A stretch of 55,812 nucleotides of DNA from assembly GCA_048938025.1 (NCBI GenBank), contig JBHLMP010000024.1, positions 1-55,812 of the forward strand, in the 5' to 3' direction. The stretch's first letter is position 1. Each line of letters opens with the position of its first letter. The notes under the pieces are model-generated. The model searched no databases, was not told where the DNA came from, and was given only the letters and a program-made list of their open reading frames with translations. A program made the translations under genes and the position numbers. Shown piece by piece: positions 1 through 10,086 of the stretch. Source of the stretch: Promethearchaeota archaeon (lineage in GTDB: Archaea; Asgardarchaeota; Lokiarchaeia; Sigyniarchaeales; SOKP01).

Positions 1-17
1 TATTATTTAAATTTGTT

Positions 18-1661
18 TTATGCATAATTGAAATTTATATATTCAGTTCCTGTCAGGGTGAATGCCGGAAATATTTGATGATAAGTATACATTATTATTA
101 CAATTATATAATTGTCACACCTAAAGACTTGAACATATTCTCTTATATCCAATTCCCAATTGATTTCAACTTGGTAATCACCAAATTTATTTTGGAGGTT
201 TAGATCCCACATTGTCCAAAGACTTAGTTCTTTTAGCGTCTGGCGTGGAGCAACTCCTGCATCGTAATCAAAAAGACCGGGACTCCCATAATCGCGTAAT
301 CCTACAGTCCATTCCACATAAAAATGATCACTCTCGACCGAATGGATGAGAGTTGAGGCTGTTAAAGACTCACCGCCGGTTAGATAACTCAAGTAGTCTA
401 CGATATAATTCCAATCAATATAACCAGGGATCATATCGACAAAAAGCTGAGTTAGAAGCCAAATAAGACGTTCTACTTGATCATTTTGATTGGAGGGGTC
501 TGGATCGGCTTCAGCAGAAGTTTCTTCTTCCTGTACGCTATATTTACCAAGGGTAAGATATTCTCCATTAGGATCGAGTATTCTGAATTGTAATTTAATT
601 TTATGAATATAATAATCTCTACTGAGGACTGGAAAACCAGTGCTTTCAACATCATCATCAATAGCCGCAACTAAAGAGGTAAAGAACCATGGATTATACA
701 CATCTATTTCACCATCTGAATTATAGAGGTTTGTAAGGAGCGTATTTAAAGCTACTGTCCCATAATCCATACTCTCGTTTTCAGATTTGATTATAGTCGG
801 GTTGTAGTAATCTCCATCATCATAAATAAATTGGGCAAATACAAGATTGGACACATTGAGATATTCTAACCGATAAGTATTATGCGTAAAATCATAACCT
901 TCTATTACAATTTCAATGATGTGTCCATAAAAGGAGCTTAATATCTGAGTTTGAAAATCTGTTTCATAAATACTATCTGAAATATAAGTTTTTGACCTTC
1001 GTAAAACTTCAATCTCATCTACCTTTACTACAATATCAAAACTATCAGAGGAAACCACATTAAAATAAATCTTAAAATCTATCATTGGAAGACTATGAGC
1101 AAAATAAGTATATATTGTATATCCTAATCTTGACGTATCTTCGCGGGGAAAGAATCTTTGCGTGCTACCAAGCAATATAGTTGGTTCTGATGGTAAATAT
1201 ACTACCACACATACTATATTTGAAGGATTATATCCATTACTATTATATGCTCTAACATAATACCACCATGTACCATCGGTAGTTGTATCTGTATAAGATA
1301 AAGAAGAAGTCGTCGCTATTAGGGTGTAAGGTCCCGATCTAGAGCTATCACTCCGATAGACTTTATACGATGATGCTCCATAAGATAAGCTCCATTGCAA
1401 TGTTATAATTCCATCACCATCAGGAGAAGGGGCTATTAAGGCAGGCGCAGGGGATGGTACTCCAAACATCCAAGGACAAGTATTAACATTACCAGTACAA
1501 CCAGGATTACCACATTCGCAAGGAATATATGAACCTTGTAGATGATCATGTTCATGGTCAATGCCATCAATTGATGTCTGTATTGAAGGTATTATAGCGA
1601 TTGGTAATAGAATAAGTATCCCAATAATTAGGGGTAAATATATTTTTTTGTTTTTTATAAT
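18..1661 (-). CDS. Secreted/surface protein with fibronectin type III domain; N-terminus extended beyond the ORF track (18..1469)
   Basis: FN3 pattern (ITLQW...ASSYKVYRS...SYTD...WWYYVRAYN). The frame stays open upstream of the ATG at 1469 and encodes a signal peptide (IKNKKIYLPLIIGILILLPIAIIPS), a His-rich stretch (DHEHDH) and a Cys-rich stretch (CECGNPGC...CP). Candidate starts are ATT 1661 or ATA 1658, after a GAGGGTGG SD-like motif. Confidence 0.7.
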   Translation of the reverse strand: MIKNKKIYLPLIIGILILLPIAIIPSIQTSIDGIDHEHDHLQGSYIPCECGNPGCTGNVNTCPWMFGVPSPAPALIAPSPDGDGIITLQWSLSYGASSYKVYRSDSSRSGPYTLIATTSSLSYTDTTTDGTWWYYVRAYNSNGYNPSNIVCVVVYLPSEPTILLGSTQRFFPREDTSRLGYTIYTYFAHSLPMIDFKIYFNVVSSDSFDIVVKVDEIEVLRRSKTYISDSIYETDFQTQILSSFYGHIIEIVIEGYDFTHNTYRLEYLNVSNLVFAQFIYDDGDYYNPTIIKSENESMDYGTVALNTLLTNLYNSDGEIDVYNPWFFTSLVAAIDDDVESTGFPVLSRDYYIHKIKLQFRILDPNGEYLTLGKYSVQEEETSAEADPDPSNQNDQVERLIWLLTQLFVDMIPGYIDWNYIVDYLSYLTGGESLTASTLIHSVESDHFYVEWTVGLRDYGSPGLFDYDAGVAPRQTLKELSLWTMWDLNLQNKFGDYQVEINWELDIREYVQVFRCDNYIIVIIMYTYHQIFPAFTLTGTEYINFNYA

Positions 1662-1928
1662 ATCATTCCACCCTCAATTTTATCATTCTTCTATAGCATA
1701 TAAGACAAACTATATCATCTGATTATTAGAAATAATGAATGATCTTTTGTCTTATTACTATCATTCTAAATTTTGAAATTAAATTGAATTGCAGTTAATC
1801 AATATTCAACTTAACTATATAAATTTTTTTACGTAGTACGAAATTTATGTTTTTCCAACTCTATTGGAGTTTAAATACTTATATCATATAGATATTGTAT
1901 AGCTTCTAAAAAGTGAAATTATGGTGAG

Positions 1929-2219
1929 ATTATTTCTTGGGATAATTCTTTTTTTAACGAGCAACCTTGTTGTCCCAGACAAAGTTCTTGAAGAATATCC
2001 CCATTAAATTGGGCTGTATATTATTGTGCTTGTACTTTAAAATACCATATAGGTTATTTTGATGGTGTTTGTCCTGATTGTTTGGAAAGTTAGGCTGAAG
2101 AAACTAAAAAAATTTCGGATAAGCTTAAGATCGCGGATTTTGCGTCAAGATTCTTAGTTGTTTTTATAGCCTTAGCAGGATTTGCTGCTCTAACATGGTA
2201 CTTTGGGAAGAAGATATAA
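1929..2219 (+). pseudogene. Interrupted small Cys-rich zinc-finger-like protein with C-terminal TM anchor
   Basis: One frame reads IISWDNSFFNEQPCCPRQSS*RISPLNWAVYYCACTLKYHIGYFDGVCPDCLES*AEETKKISDKLKIADFASRFLVVFIALAGFAALTWYFGKKI*. Internal stops are TGA 1989-1991 and TAG 2091-2093. Confidence 0.45.
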
Positions 2220-2228
2220 GCTTGAATT

Positions 2229-3494
2229 TTAAATATGTATTTTTTCTAAATTTTTATTTAATTGTTTTATTTCTTTTTTGGAGATTTTATTATTATGGAG
2301 TTCGATAAACTCTAATCGTGGAAGGTTTACTAATTTTTCAAGCTCTTTACTTTCTGATATTTTATTATTACTAAGATCCAAAATCAATAATTCTTCAAGA
2401 TTTTCAAGACCTTTCATTTCTGTTATTTTATTTTGAAAAAAACTTAAAATTTCTACTTTTTTCAAATTTTCAAGACTCTTAATTTCTGAAATCTGATTAT
2501 GATCTAAATATAATACCTCTAAATTAGTTAGGGTTTCAAGACCCTTTATTTCTCTTATCTGATTATTATTTAAATATAATTTTATTAAATTAGTTAGATT
2601 TTCTAGCCCTTTTATCTCAGAAATTCGATTTGATGAAAGATTTAGATGCTTTAATTCTTTTAGATTTTCAAGACCTTTAATTTCCCCTATCTGATTGCCT
2701 TCAAGAACTAACAATTCAAGATTTTTTAGAAAATCTAAGCCTTTTATTTCTGTAATTTCACTATTATCAAGAACTAAATACTTTAAATTTGGAAAATTTA
2801 CAGGTGAATCTATTTCAGTAATACCTGAAAGTCCTAAAAATTCTAATTTTTTTAATTTTTCGAGTCCTTTGAGATCGCTTAGCTTTTTAGTATTTAACGC
2901 TAGTTCTATAACATATCCCTCTTTTAAGAGATAGTGCATTAATTTATGTTGCTTATCTATATAATTGATAATTTTAAAATTAATATAAATTTCAAGCAAT
3001 TTCTCAAGATCCAATTGCTCAAATGGTTCCTTATCATTTAGATATTTAAGCCACTCAATGTAATTTTCAAGCTTTTCATCTGCAATATTATCAAGAATAT
3101 ATCTAAGGTATTCAATTAAACTTGTACCCAATGATTTTTCATTATCTTTTTTGAAAGATTCTATAAATATAGATATTATTTGGGGTGAAATTTCATATTT
3201 AATCGCCCATTCAATTAAAGATCCACATTTATTTGGGAAATTATTTGTTATAGATTTCGCTGCTGTGCTTCTTATTAATTCAATTTCATCTGAAATTAAT
3301 AATTCTTTAAGAATAGAAAATATTTTTTGATCCTCGAACCCCACTTCATTTAAAATCTCAAGGCTCTTAATCCTACTGTCAGTATTATCACTGTTCTCAA
3401 TTATTGAAATTAATATATCTATCAAGGATTTTCTATCGATCTTGCCATTTTTATATTGGTCAAGGATTACCATAGGATTTATCTTCCTTTTCAC
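2229..3494 (-). CDS. Leucine-rich repeat protein (SDS22-like LRRs) with N-terminal HEAT-like region
   Basis: About 9-10 22-aa repeats LxxLxLxxNxIxEIKGLExL; helical N-terminus. Confidence 0.9.
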   Translation of the reverse strand: MKRKINPMVILDQYKNGKIDRKSLIDILISIIENSDNTDSRIKSLEILNEVGFEDQKIFSILKELLISDEIELIRSTAAKSITNNFPNKCGSLIEWAIKYEISPQIISIFIESFKKDNEKSLGTSLIEYLRYILDNIADEKLENYIEWLKYLNDKEPFEQLDLEKLLEIYINFKIINYIDKQHKLMHYLLKEGYVIELALNTKKLSDLKGLEKLKKLEFLGLSGITEIDSPVNFPNLKYLVLDNSEITEIKGLDFLKNLELLVLEGNQIGEIKGLENLKELKHLNLSSNRISEIKGLENLTNLIKLYLNNNQIREIKGLETLTNLEVLYLDHNQISEIKSLENLKKVEILSFFQNKITEMKGLENLEELLILDLSNNKISESKELEKLVNLPRLEFIELHNNKISKKEIKQLNKNLEKIHI

Positions 3495-3740
3495 ATGAAA
3501 TTAATAGACTTTTTACTATTTAAATTTACCTTAACCAACGAATTTCTAATTTTTATAAACAACCTTTTGGTTTATGGGGTTTTATCATTAGGATTTTTAG
3601 TAGATTATAAAGCAGACAACAAATAAAAAAAAATATTAAAGTAAAAACTCCTTAAAAATTGAAAATCTAATTCATTGAATTTTGGCAATATCAACCTTCT
3701 AAGCGGCTATTATACAAAAACAAAACATTTAAATATGCAA

Positions 3741-3789
3741 CTTTATATATGTAAATTAATGATTGACGTCAAGAAATTGTTGTCAATCA
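3741..3789 (+). promoter_or_regulatory. TATA box plus downstream inverted repeat (candidate operator) upstream of hsp20
   Basis: CTTTATATAT at 3741-3750; TGATTGAC-N14-GTCAATCA at 3760-3789 with a nested TTGACGTCAA palindrome. Confidence 0.5.
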
Positions 3790-3824
3790 AATGTTACAAT
3801 AAGAAAAATTTGGAGGTAAAAAAT

Positions 3825-4406
3825 ATGACAGAAATAAAAGAAGATAAAAAGGTAGAAATTAAAGGAAAAAAACCTTTAGAGTCTGAAGAAGGAAATTCTA
3901 AAGAAGAACAGAAAAAAGGTGAACTTCAATTACGAAGATATCGTCCTCTTTCAATATTTGGCGGTATTGATCGTTTTTTCGATGAAATAGATAGAAGTTT
4001 TAGAGATTTTTGGAGGCCATCACGTTTTTGGGATTTTGAACCTTTTAATCTAAGTGTATTTGATGAGAATAAATTCTTCCGAACTCCATTAACAAATATA
4101 TCTGATGATGGAGACAAATATAGTATTACTGCTGAGTTGCCCGGCTTAGATAAGGGCGATTTAGAGATAACGATTCATGATGGACATTTAGAAATTAAAG
4201 GCGGTCGAAAGGAAGAATACGAAGAAAAGAAAGAAGGATATGTCAGAAAGGAATACAGCAGCTCAAGTTATCACAGGAGTTTTTCATTACCAGAGAATAT
4301 TGAAGAAGATAAAATTGATGCCACTTTAGACAAAGGAGTTTTAAAGTTAACTCTACCTAAGAAAGAAGAAGAAAAGAAGGAAAAGAAAAAGATTGAAGTT
4401 AAATAG
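3825..4406 (+). CDS. hsp20: Small heat shock protein Hsp20 (alpha-crystallin domain)
   Basis: AELPGLDKGDL...YHRSFSLPENI...A.LDKGVLKLTLPK and C-terminal IEV motif. Start moved to ATG 3825 because of GGAGGT SD upstream. Confidence 0.95.
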   Translation: MTEIKEDKKVEIKGKKPLESEEGNSKEEQKKGELQLRRYRPLSIFGGIDRFFDEIDRSFRDFWRPSRFWDFEPFNLSVFDENKFFRTPLTNISDDGDKYSITAELPGLDKGDLEITIHDGHLEIKGGRKEEYEEKKEGYVRKEYSSSSYHRSFSLPENIEEDKIDATLDKGVLKLTLPKKEEEKKEKKKIEVK

Positions 4407-4439
4407 GATTTTTTTTAATTTTATTTTTATTAATTTATG

Positions 4440-5237
4440 TTAATTTTCTTTTTCTAATTGTTTTTTTAAGAACTCTATATTTTCGTTAAGAGTTTGGGTT
4501 ATAGGCTCATTACTTAAATTAAGGTTATTTAAAATTTGGAGTGCATCTTCGAATAATTTTAAAGCCTCAGGATACTGAGTTCGTCTATAATAAACACCAG
4601 GGATATTAAAAAATTTATATGATATTAATTCAATTGCAGTAATTAAAATCCATAAATACATTAAAATTGTCAATATCCATTCAATAAAGGGTGTAAAAGG
4701 GTTATTCATTATGAGCATAATTGCAAGAATTATTAATACAACACCGTTGCTAAAGCCAAAATATGCATGATATTTTTTAAATGTCGGACCTTTATACATT
4801 TTCGATTTAGGGCCGTTATACATAAGTATACTATAAAGTACAATATATATTGATGATCCTGCAAAACTAACAGCAGCAACAAAACCATGAAATAATTGAA
4901 ATATGTCCCAAAAAGTTTCATCTGGAATTATTCCTACTAACGCGATGCATACGCATGTAAATATTGATACTCCTGTTGCCAGTCGTCTTATACTTTCCTT
5001 TATATTAATTAATTCTCGCTCGAGAAAGATAAAAAATGGAATACTTAATGATCCTCCTATAACAAAACTAATACTAAACAAAGTTTTTGCTTCCTCTTTT
5101 CCTAATGAGCTTACAGGGTTTATTAATGGATTATATCCTGGTGAAAAAATTGCTGCGGCAATTAATAATATAAATGAGACTAATGTGCCAAAAAATCCAA
5201 ATAATACCTCCATTCTATCTTCAGGTCTTTTAACCAT
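4440..5237 (-). CDS. DUF998-like multi-pass membrane protein
   Basis: GYNPLINPVSSLG motif, VGIIP..H motif, about 6 TM segments. Confidence 0.65.
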   Translation of the reverse strand: MVKRPEDRMEVLFGFFGTLVSFILLIAAAIFSPGYNPLINPVSSLGKEEAKTLFSISFVIGGSLSIPFFIFLERELINIKESIRRLATGVSIFTCVCIALVGIIPDETFWDIFQLFHGFVAAVSFAGSSIYIVLYSILMYNGPKSKMYKGPTFKKYHAYFGFSNGVVLIILAIMLIMNNPFTPFIEWILTILMYLWILITAIELISYKFFNIPGVYYRRTQYPEALKLFEDALQILNNLNLSNEPITQTLNENIEFLKKQLEKEN

Positions 5238-5405
5238 TCTTATTCCCCTTTTTGTTATAACGAAATATTCCTTTTTTCATTACTACATTATCATTATGTA
5301 AAGTTTTATTAAATTTTTATCAATATATTAAATTTTATATTAAAAAAAGTTTGATATTTATAATTGATCAAAAATTCTTTAATGAGAAATTAAGAGGATG
5401 ATTAT

Positions 5406-5969
5406 ATGTCAGGTGATCGTTGGTCATTTAAAATAACAGTTGTCGGAGATGGACAAGTAGGGAAAACATCTCTAATCCAAAAATTTACAAAAGGCAGTTT
5501 TCAAGAGGAATACATCAAAACAATTGGAGCCCAGTTTTCTATATATGAAATGGAAATAGATGGAGACTTTTGTGAGCTTTTTTTCTGGGATATTGCTGGT
5601 CAAGATGAGTTTCATTTCTTAAGACCCTCTTTCTATAAAGATAGCAAAGCAGCTATTATTGTATATTCGCTTGAAGAAAATGATCTTGGTAAAAATAGTC
5701 TTAAGCATATACCAAATTGGCATGATGATATTCTCAAATTTTGTGGTGATATTCCCATCGTGGTATTTGCTAATAAAGTTGATTTAGTTGATAAAGAGAA
5801 TTTGGTAGATACAAAGATTTTAAAAATTATTAAAAAAAGAAATTTTCTTGAATATTATAGAACATCAGCAAAAACAGGCGAAGGAGTATCTCAGGCCTTT
5901 CAAACAATAATCAGAGAACTATATAATAAATATAAAGCATTATTTTTAGAATTGAAAAGTAAAGGTTAG
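5406..5969 (+). CDS. Rab-like small GTPase
   Basis: G1 GDGQVGKT, G2 TIG, G3 WDIAGQ, G4 NKVD, G5 TSAK; no C-terminal prenylation Cys motif. Confidence 0.95.
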   Translation: MSGDRWSFKITVVGDGQVGKTSLIQKFTKGSFQEEYIKTIGAQFSIYEMEIDGDFCELFFWDIAGQDEFHFLRPSFYKDSKAAIIVYSLEENDLGKNSLKHIPNWHDDILKFCGDIPIVVFANKVDLVDKENLVDTKILKIIKKRNFLEYYRTSAKTGEGVSQAFQTIIRELYNKYKALFLELKSKG

Positions 5970-6024
5970 CTTGTATATTGCTTTCTCTTTATCTAAATAT
6001 TAATTTTTTCATTTAGGTCCTCTA

Positions 6025-6052
6025 ATAATCATTTTAATTAATCTTAATATCT
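6025..6052 (+). promoter_or_regulatory. Conserved upstream element, copy 1 (shared with 11557-11584)
   Basis: ATAATCATTTTAATTAATCTTA(a/t)TATCT; 27/28 identical to the copy upstream of the paralog at 11716. Confidence 0.6.
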
Positions 6053-6102
6053 ATTAATAAATTAAGTACAAAAAAGGATATAGAAAAAAATAGATATCTG
6101 CA

Positions 6103-8718
6103 ATGATATTAAAAATTTTTATTATCGCTCGTGGTGGAATTCTCTGTTATTCTAAGAATTTTTTTGAGCAGATTGATATAGATGAAACTGTAATTAGCGG
6201 ATTTCTTAAAGCTATAAGTGATTTTGCCAAAGAAATTAAAGGGGGTGAAGTAAAAGCACTTAATTTTAGAAATTTTAAGTTTATCTATTCTTATTCTTTT
6301 GAGTTTGATTGTATCTTTGTCATAGTAATTGATAAAGATGATTTAGTACAAGATACAAGAACTAAACTTGAACTGATGAAGAATGAGTTCATAATAAAAT
6401 ATAAACCATTTTTAGAGAATTGGACAGGAAATGTTAGTGTTTTTGAAGACTTTGATGATTTTGTGATTGAGAATGTATATATTCCACCTAAGATCTTATT
6501 AACTGGAGAAGATGGTGTAGGTAAAACAACAATTATGGATTTAATTCCTGGTGACACTATTTTGGAAATTGATGATAATTTAAATGAGGTTATTCAAAAA
6601 CCTATTAATTTTGATGATTTAAAGGGAATTCATCAATGTATTATACAAGAAATTAATATGGAAGAACTGACCTATAATTCACATCTATTCAAAAACTTAT
6701 TAAAATCTGTTGATGTTGTACTTATTGTTACAAATTCAGCCGCAAGTAATTTGGGTCGAACAAAGACTTTAGTCTCAGAATTAAAACCTGAAGTAAAGAA
6801 AGCAGACTTTTATCTTCTAGCAAACTTTCAAGATTTGAAAGATGTTGCATTCGAGCCCGAAAAAATAGAAGAAACGCTAGGAATCAAAACTTTTGGCTTT
6901 ACAGCAGTTAAGGAGGAATCTAAAACTAAAATAATTTTCATTATTAAAGAAATATTAAAAATTTCTATTTTAGACAAAATAGAAAAAAAACATATCTCCC
7001 CAATAGAAGAAGAACCTATTTTTTATAGTGAAGAAAAAGTTGAATATGAGAAGGTTGATTATGTTGATATTTGGGATCAAATAGAAAAAGCAAGAATTTT
7101 AGAAAGAAAAGGTGAACATCTTGCAGCTGCAGAAGAATTCTCTTGTGCTGCTACTCAATTTAAAGATATGTGCTCAAGAGTAGAATTCGAACTAGATATA
7201 GAAGAACTTACGGCTATATCTTTTCTTTGTAGAGCATGGGAGGCTATGGAATTTGCTGAAGAGTATGAAGATCCCGAAAGATTTTCGGAGGCAGCAGAGT
7301 TATTTAATGAAGCAAGTAAACATTTCACAAATAGTAAATTAAAGTTGTTAGCTTTAGGAAATTCTGCTTTTTGTCAAGCATTAGGTTTAGGTTGTGAATT
7401 TGACAAGACAAGCGATACATCTGTTAAAGCAGAATATTATCCAAAAATTAAAATGATGTTAAGAAATGCTGCAAATTTATATCAAAAGGGTGAATTTAAA
7501 AGTGAGGCAAATTGGGCTCTTGCTACTTCTACTTATTTTGATGCTACGTGGTATATAATCAGAGCAGATGAAGAATTAAATCTTGATGAAAAGAAAAAAC
7601 TTTTAGAAATTGGATCTGGTGTATTGAAATCTGCAGCTGAACTATTTGGTAAAGCAGGTTATAAAGACAGAGAAAAAGAAGTTTTAGATCGCTTGGATTT
7701 AATAGCGAAAGAAGAGAAAATAATAATTTCGGCATTAAGTACAATTAGCGAACCTTCTCTATCTAAAAATACTTTAGATTTATTGGTACCATCGATTCCA
7801 CACCCAACTCCGAAAAAAGAACTGCAAAAAAGGGGTAAAGAAAGAAAATATAAATTAATTTATAGAGATTTACTTAAAGAGTACCCAAAAATTCAGAGAA
7901 GAGAATGTAGAGTTGGTATTGCTCAGATAGGGGTATCTAGTACCGGAGATTATTTAAGAGAATTCTATAAAGAAAAATCACCTGGTTTGTTAGGACTCCG
8001 TAAGGATAAAATTGATGTGATTAGATCTAAGGTCAAGAAGATGATAGAAAAAGCACATGCCAGCAATGTAAATATTCTTATCTTCCCAGAAATGTCTATC
8101 GATCTCAATTATGGTAAATTTCTTGAAGATATATCTAATTTTGCTAAATCATATGAAATGTATATCATTCCAGGATCATATCACAACAAAGAAACTAAAC
8201 TAAATATTAGTATGGTTTTTGGTCCAGATGGAATCCTTTGGGAACAAGAAAAACATATTCCAGCAATAATCCATCTTAAAGGAAAAAGATTTACGGAAGG
8301 GATTAAGACAGAAACCTTACCAAGACAAACTATTATATGTAATACCGAATTTGGAAGGATGGCAATAGCAATATGCAGAGATTTTCTCGACATGGATCTC
8401 AGAGTTGAACTTAAGAATTTTGAACCACCAATAGATTTAATGTTTAATCCAGCTTTTACTCCTGTTACAGCCGATTTTAAAGCAGCTCATTTTGATGCCA
8501 GGAGGTCAATATATGCTTATTGTTTTTTTGTGAACATCGCTGAATTTGGAGGATCTCTTATTTACACACCAGAAAAAGAACGTATTGAAAGAACAATACA
8601 ACCTAAAGAAGAAGATATAATTTTTAAAGATATAGACCTCTTTAAATTACGATCAGAACGTAAAAAATGGGAAAAAGAACGAAAAAAAGATAAGAGCTTC
8701 ATACAAAGTACTAGATAA
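6103..8718 (+). CDS. Multidomain protein: longin-like + atypical small GTPase + TPR/SNAP-like helical repeats + carbon-nitrogen hydrolase (nitrilase family)
   Basis: N-terminal IFII.RGGILCYS...ISGFLKAI (longin-like); P-loop GEDGVGKTT; NFQD; repeated AAELF-type helices; nitrilase triad motifs IFPEMS, QEKHIP, AICRDF. Confidence 0.8.
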   Translation: MILKIFIIARGGILCYSKNFFEQIDIDETVISGFLKAISDFAKEIKGGEVKALNFRNFKFIYSYSFEFDCIFVIVIDKDDLVQDTRTKLELMKNEFIIKYKPFLENWTGNVSVFEDFDDFVIENVYIPPKILLTGEDGVGKTTIMDLIPGDTILEIDDNLNEVIQKPINFDDLKGIHQCIIQEINMEELTYNSHLFKNLLKSVDVVLIVTNSAASNLGRTKTLVSELKPEVKKADFYLLANFQDLKDVAFEPEKIEETLGIKTFGFTAVKEESKTKIIFIIKEILKISILDKIEKKHISPIEEEPIFYSEEKVEYEKVDYVDIWDQIEKARILERKGEHLAAAEEFSCAATQFKDMCSRVEFELDIEELTAISFLCRAWEAMEFAEEYEDPERFSEAAELFNEASKHFTNSKLKLLALGNSAFCQALGLGCEFDKTSDTSVKAEYYPKIKMMLRNAANLYQKGEFKSEANWALATSTYFDATWYIIRADEELNLDEKKKLLEIGSGVLKSAAELFGKAGYKDREKEVLDRLDLIAKEEKIIISALSTISEPSLSKNTLDLLVPSIPHPTPKKELQKRGKERKYKLIYRDLLKEYPKIQRRECRVGIAQIGVSSTGDYLREFYKEKSPGLLGLRKDKIDVIRSKVKKMIEKAHASNVNILIFPEMSIDLNYGKFLEDISNFAKSYEMYIIPGSYHNKETKLNISMVFGPDGILWEQEKHIPAIIHLKGKRFTEGIKTETLPRQTIICNTEFGRMAIAICRDFLDMDLRVELKNFEPPIDLMFNPAFTPVTADFKAAHFDARRSIYAYCFFVNIAEFGGSLIYTPEKERIERTIQPKEEDIIFKDIDLFKLRSERKKWEKERKKDKSFIQSTR

Positions 8719-8781
8719 AAATTAAATTATATAAAATCTCATCAGCTCTATAAATTATTTTAGATATAAAAAAGAACAGTA

Positions 8782-9822
8782 TTAATTCTTAGTTTTATCT
8801 TTTTCCTTAACTTCAGCTTCGGTTCCCTCAATTTTAATGGGTTTAACAGGTTTTGACTTATCAATTGGTTCATTACAAACCCAGCACATATTCTCAATAT
8901 TACTAAGTTCTTTTGAACAATTAATGCAATAAAGTGCACTACATTCTGGGCAAATATAATTTATTCCAGATACAGTTCCTTTACAAACTAGGCAAATTTT
9001 TCTTTCACGATGGAATGTTACTTCTTCTTCAGTTATATGGTCTGGTCTTTTAGTAAGTCTAAATAATGACTCTTCAATCTTAAGTTCAGCTTTCTTTTCT
9101 TTTTTTTCACGTTTTTCTGGTTCTTTTCTTAAGCCTAAATAAAAAAACCAAACACTACTCAGTGAACCAATCCTAATAAAACTTACAAGTTCCATTATAC
9201 CCAAAAAATCTAACAATGCTGATATGTTAAGGATTAAATATGCTATTGCTAAATAATAATATTTCTTACTAATTACACCTGAAGCTTTTCTACCTTTATA
9301 GAGAAGCCCTGGAGCTTGAAAAAAAATGCCTGTGAAAGTAAAAATAGTTCCTATGGTACCAGCAGGAGATCCAGTGATAAGGCTGTCATCAATTAATTCA
9401 TCACCGGTATTTGTAGCTCGGATAAATGTAATATTTCCATATGGATCTAAAAAAATACTCAATTCAAAAATTATGCTTAAAATGATAAATGTTGTTATTA
9501 GATAATATTTTTTTTTAGGTAATATGATTTCAAGCCCTACATAAAACGCTATTGTAAAAGAAATGGGAACAATTGGCCAAATTAGGTATCCTAGTAAAAG
9601 ATTAGTTGTATTGTGACCTGTAAAAACAATTGTTAAGAAATCAACACAAATCCCCAAATAACAAAGTCCTGCTAGGATTAAACTTATTCCCATTATTGTA
9701 AGAGTTTTAATATTAGTCTTTTTTGAAATATAGAAGAAATACACTCCAGAAATACAAAACGTTATAAGTACACCTAAGGTTGTTACACCAATGATCCCAC
9801 CTAAGGCAGATAAGAAAAGCAT
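8782..9822 (-). CDS. 7TM membrane protein with C-terminal C4C4 RING-like zinc finger (candidate membrane E3), paralog 1
   Basis: Seven hydrophobic segments, then a charged linker, then C-x2-C-x10-C-x2-C-x4-C-x2-C-x10-C-x2-C. Confidence 0.75.
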   Translation of the reverse strand: MLFLSALGGIIGVTTLGVLITFCISGVYFFYISKKTNIKTLTIMGISLILAGLCYLGICVDFLTIVFTGHNTTNLLLGYLIWPIVPISFTIAFYVGLEIILPKKKYYLITTFIILSIIFELSIFLDPYGNITFIRATNTGDELIDDSLITGSPAGTIGTIFTFTGIFFQAPGLLYKGRKASGVISKKYYYLAIAYLILNISALLDFLGIMELVSFIRIGSLSSVWFFYLGLRKEPEKREKKEKKAELKIEESLFRLTKRPDHITEEEVTFHRERKICLVCKGTVSGINYICPECSALYCINCSKELSNIENMCWVCNEPIDKSKPVKPIKIEGTEAEVKEKDKTKN

Positions 9823-9951
9823 TTTAATATTTCACCGTTGATAATTTAGATTACTATATTAGTTAATAATAATCGATATAGTAGTATTTAAATAAATTAT
9901 TATAAAAGCTTAATTACACGAATTGCCAAATTTGTAAAATTGAGAAATTTA

Positions 9952-10014
9952 TCAAAAATTATTTTCTTCAGTTTTTGTTTCACTTGCTTCTTCTTCCTTG
10001 GTGAATTTGTACAA
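9952..10014 (-). pseudogene. Remnant or micro-ORF homologous to the 3' half of the 53-aa ORF at 11332-11493
   Basis: (L/M)YKFTKEEEASETKTEENNF* aligns without gaps to FYKFTKKKDTNKSNTKENNIT*. Confidence 0.45.
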
Positions 10015-10086
10015 GATAAATAATAACCTATATAAATTTAAGAGGGGCTCATTAGGTCTTTAAATTAAATATAAAAAAGAAAAATA

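Noticed and set aside
1700-1755. ATAAGACAAA...TTTGTCTTAT inverted repeat as a MITE end
   Set aside because: AT-rich, short, no target-site duplication and no second copy of the element.
2229-2900. DNA-level repeats within the LRR gene
   Set aside because: Fully explained by the 22-aa protein repeats.
3675-3824. N-terminal 50 aa of the Hsp20 ORF as given in the track
   Set aside because: This stretch contains the TATA box, inverted repeat and SD; ATG 3825 is the better start.
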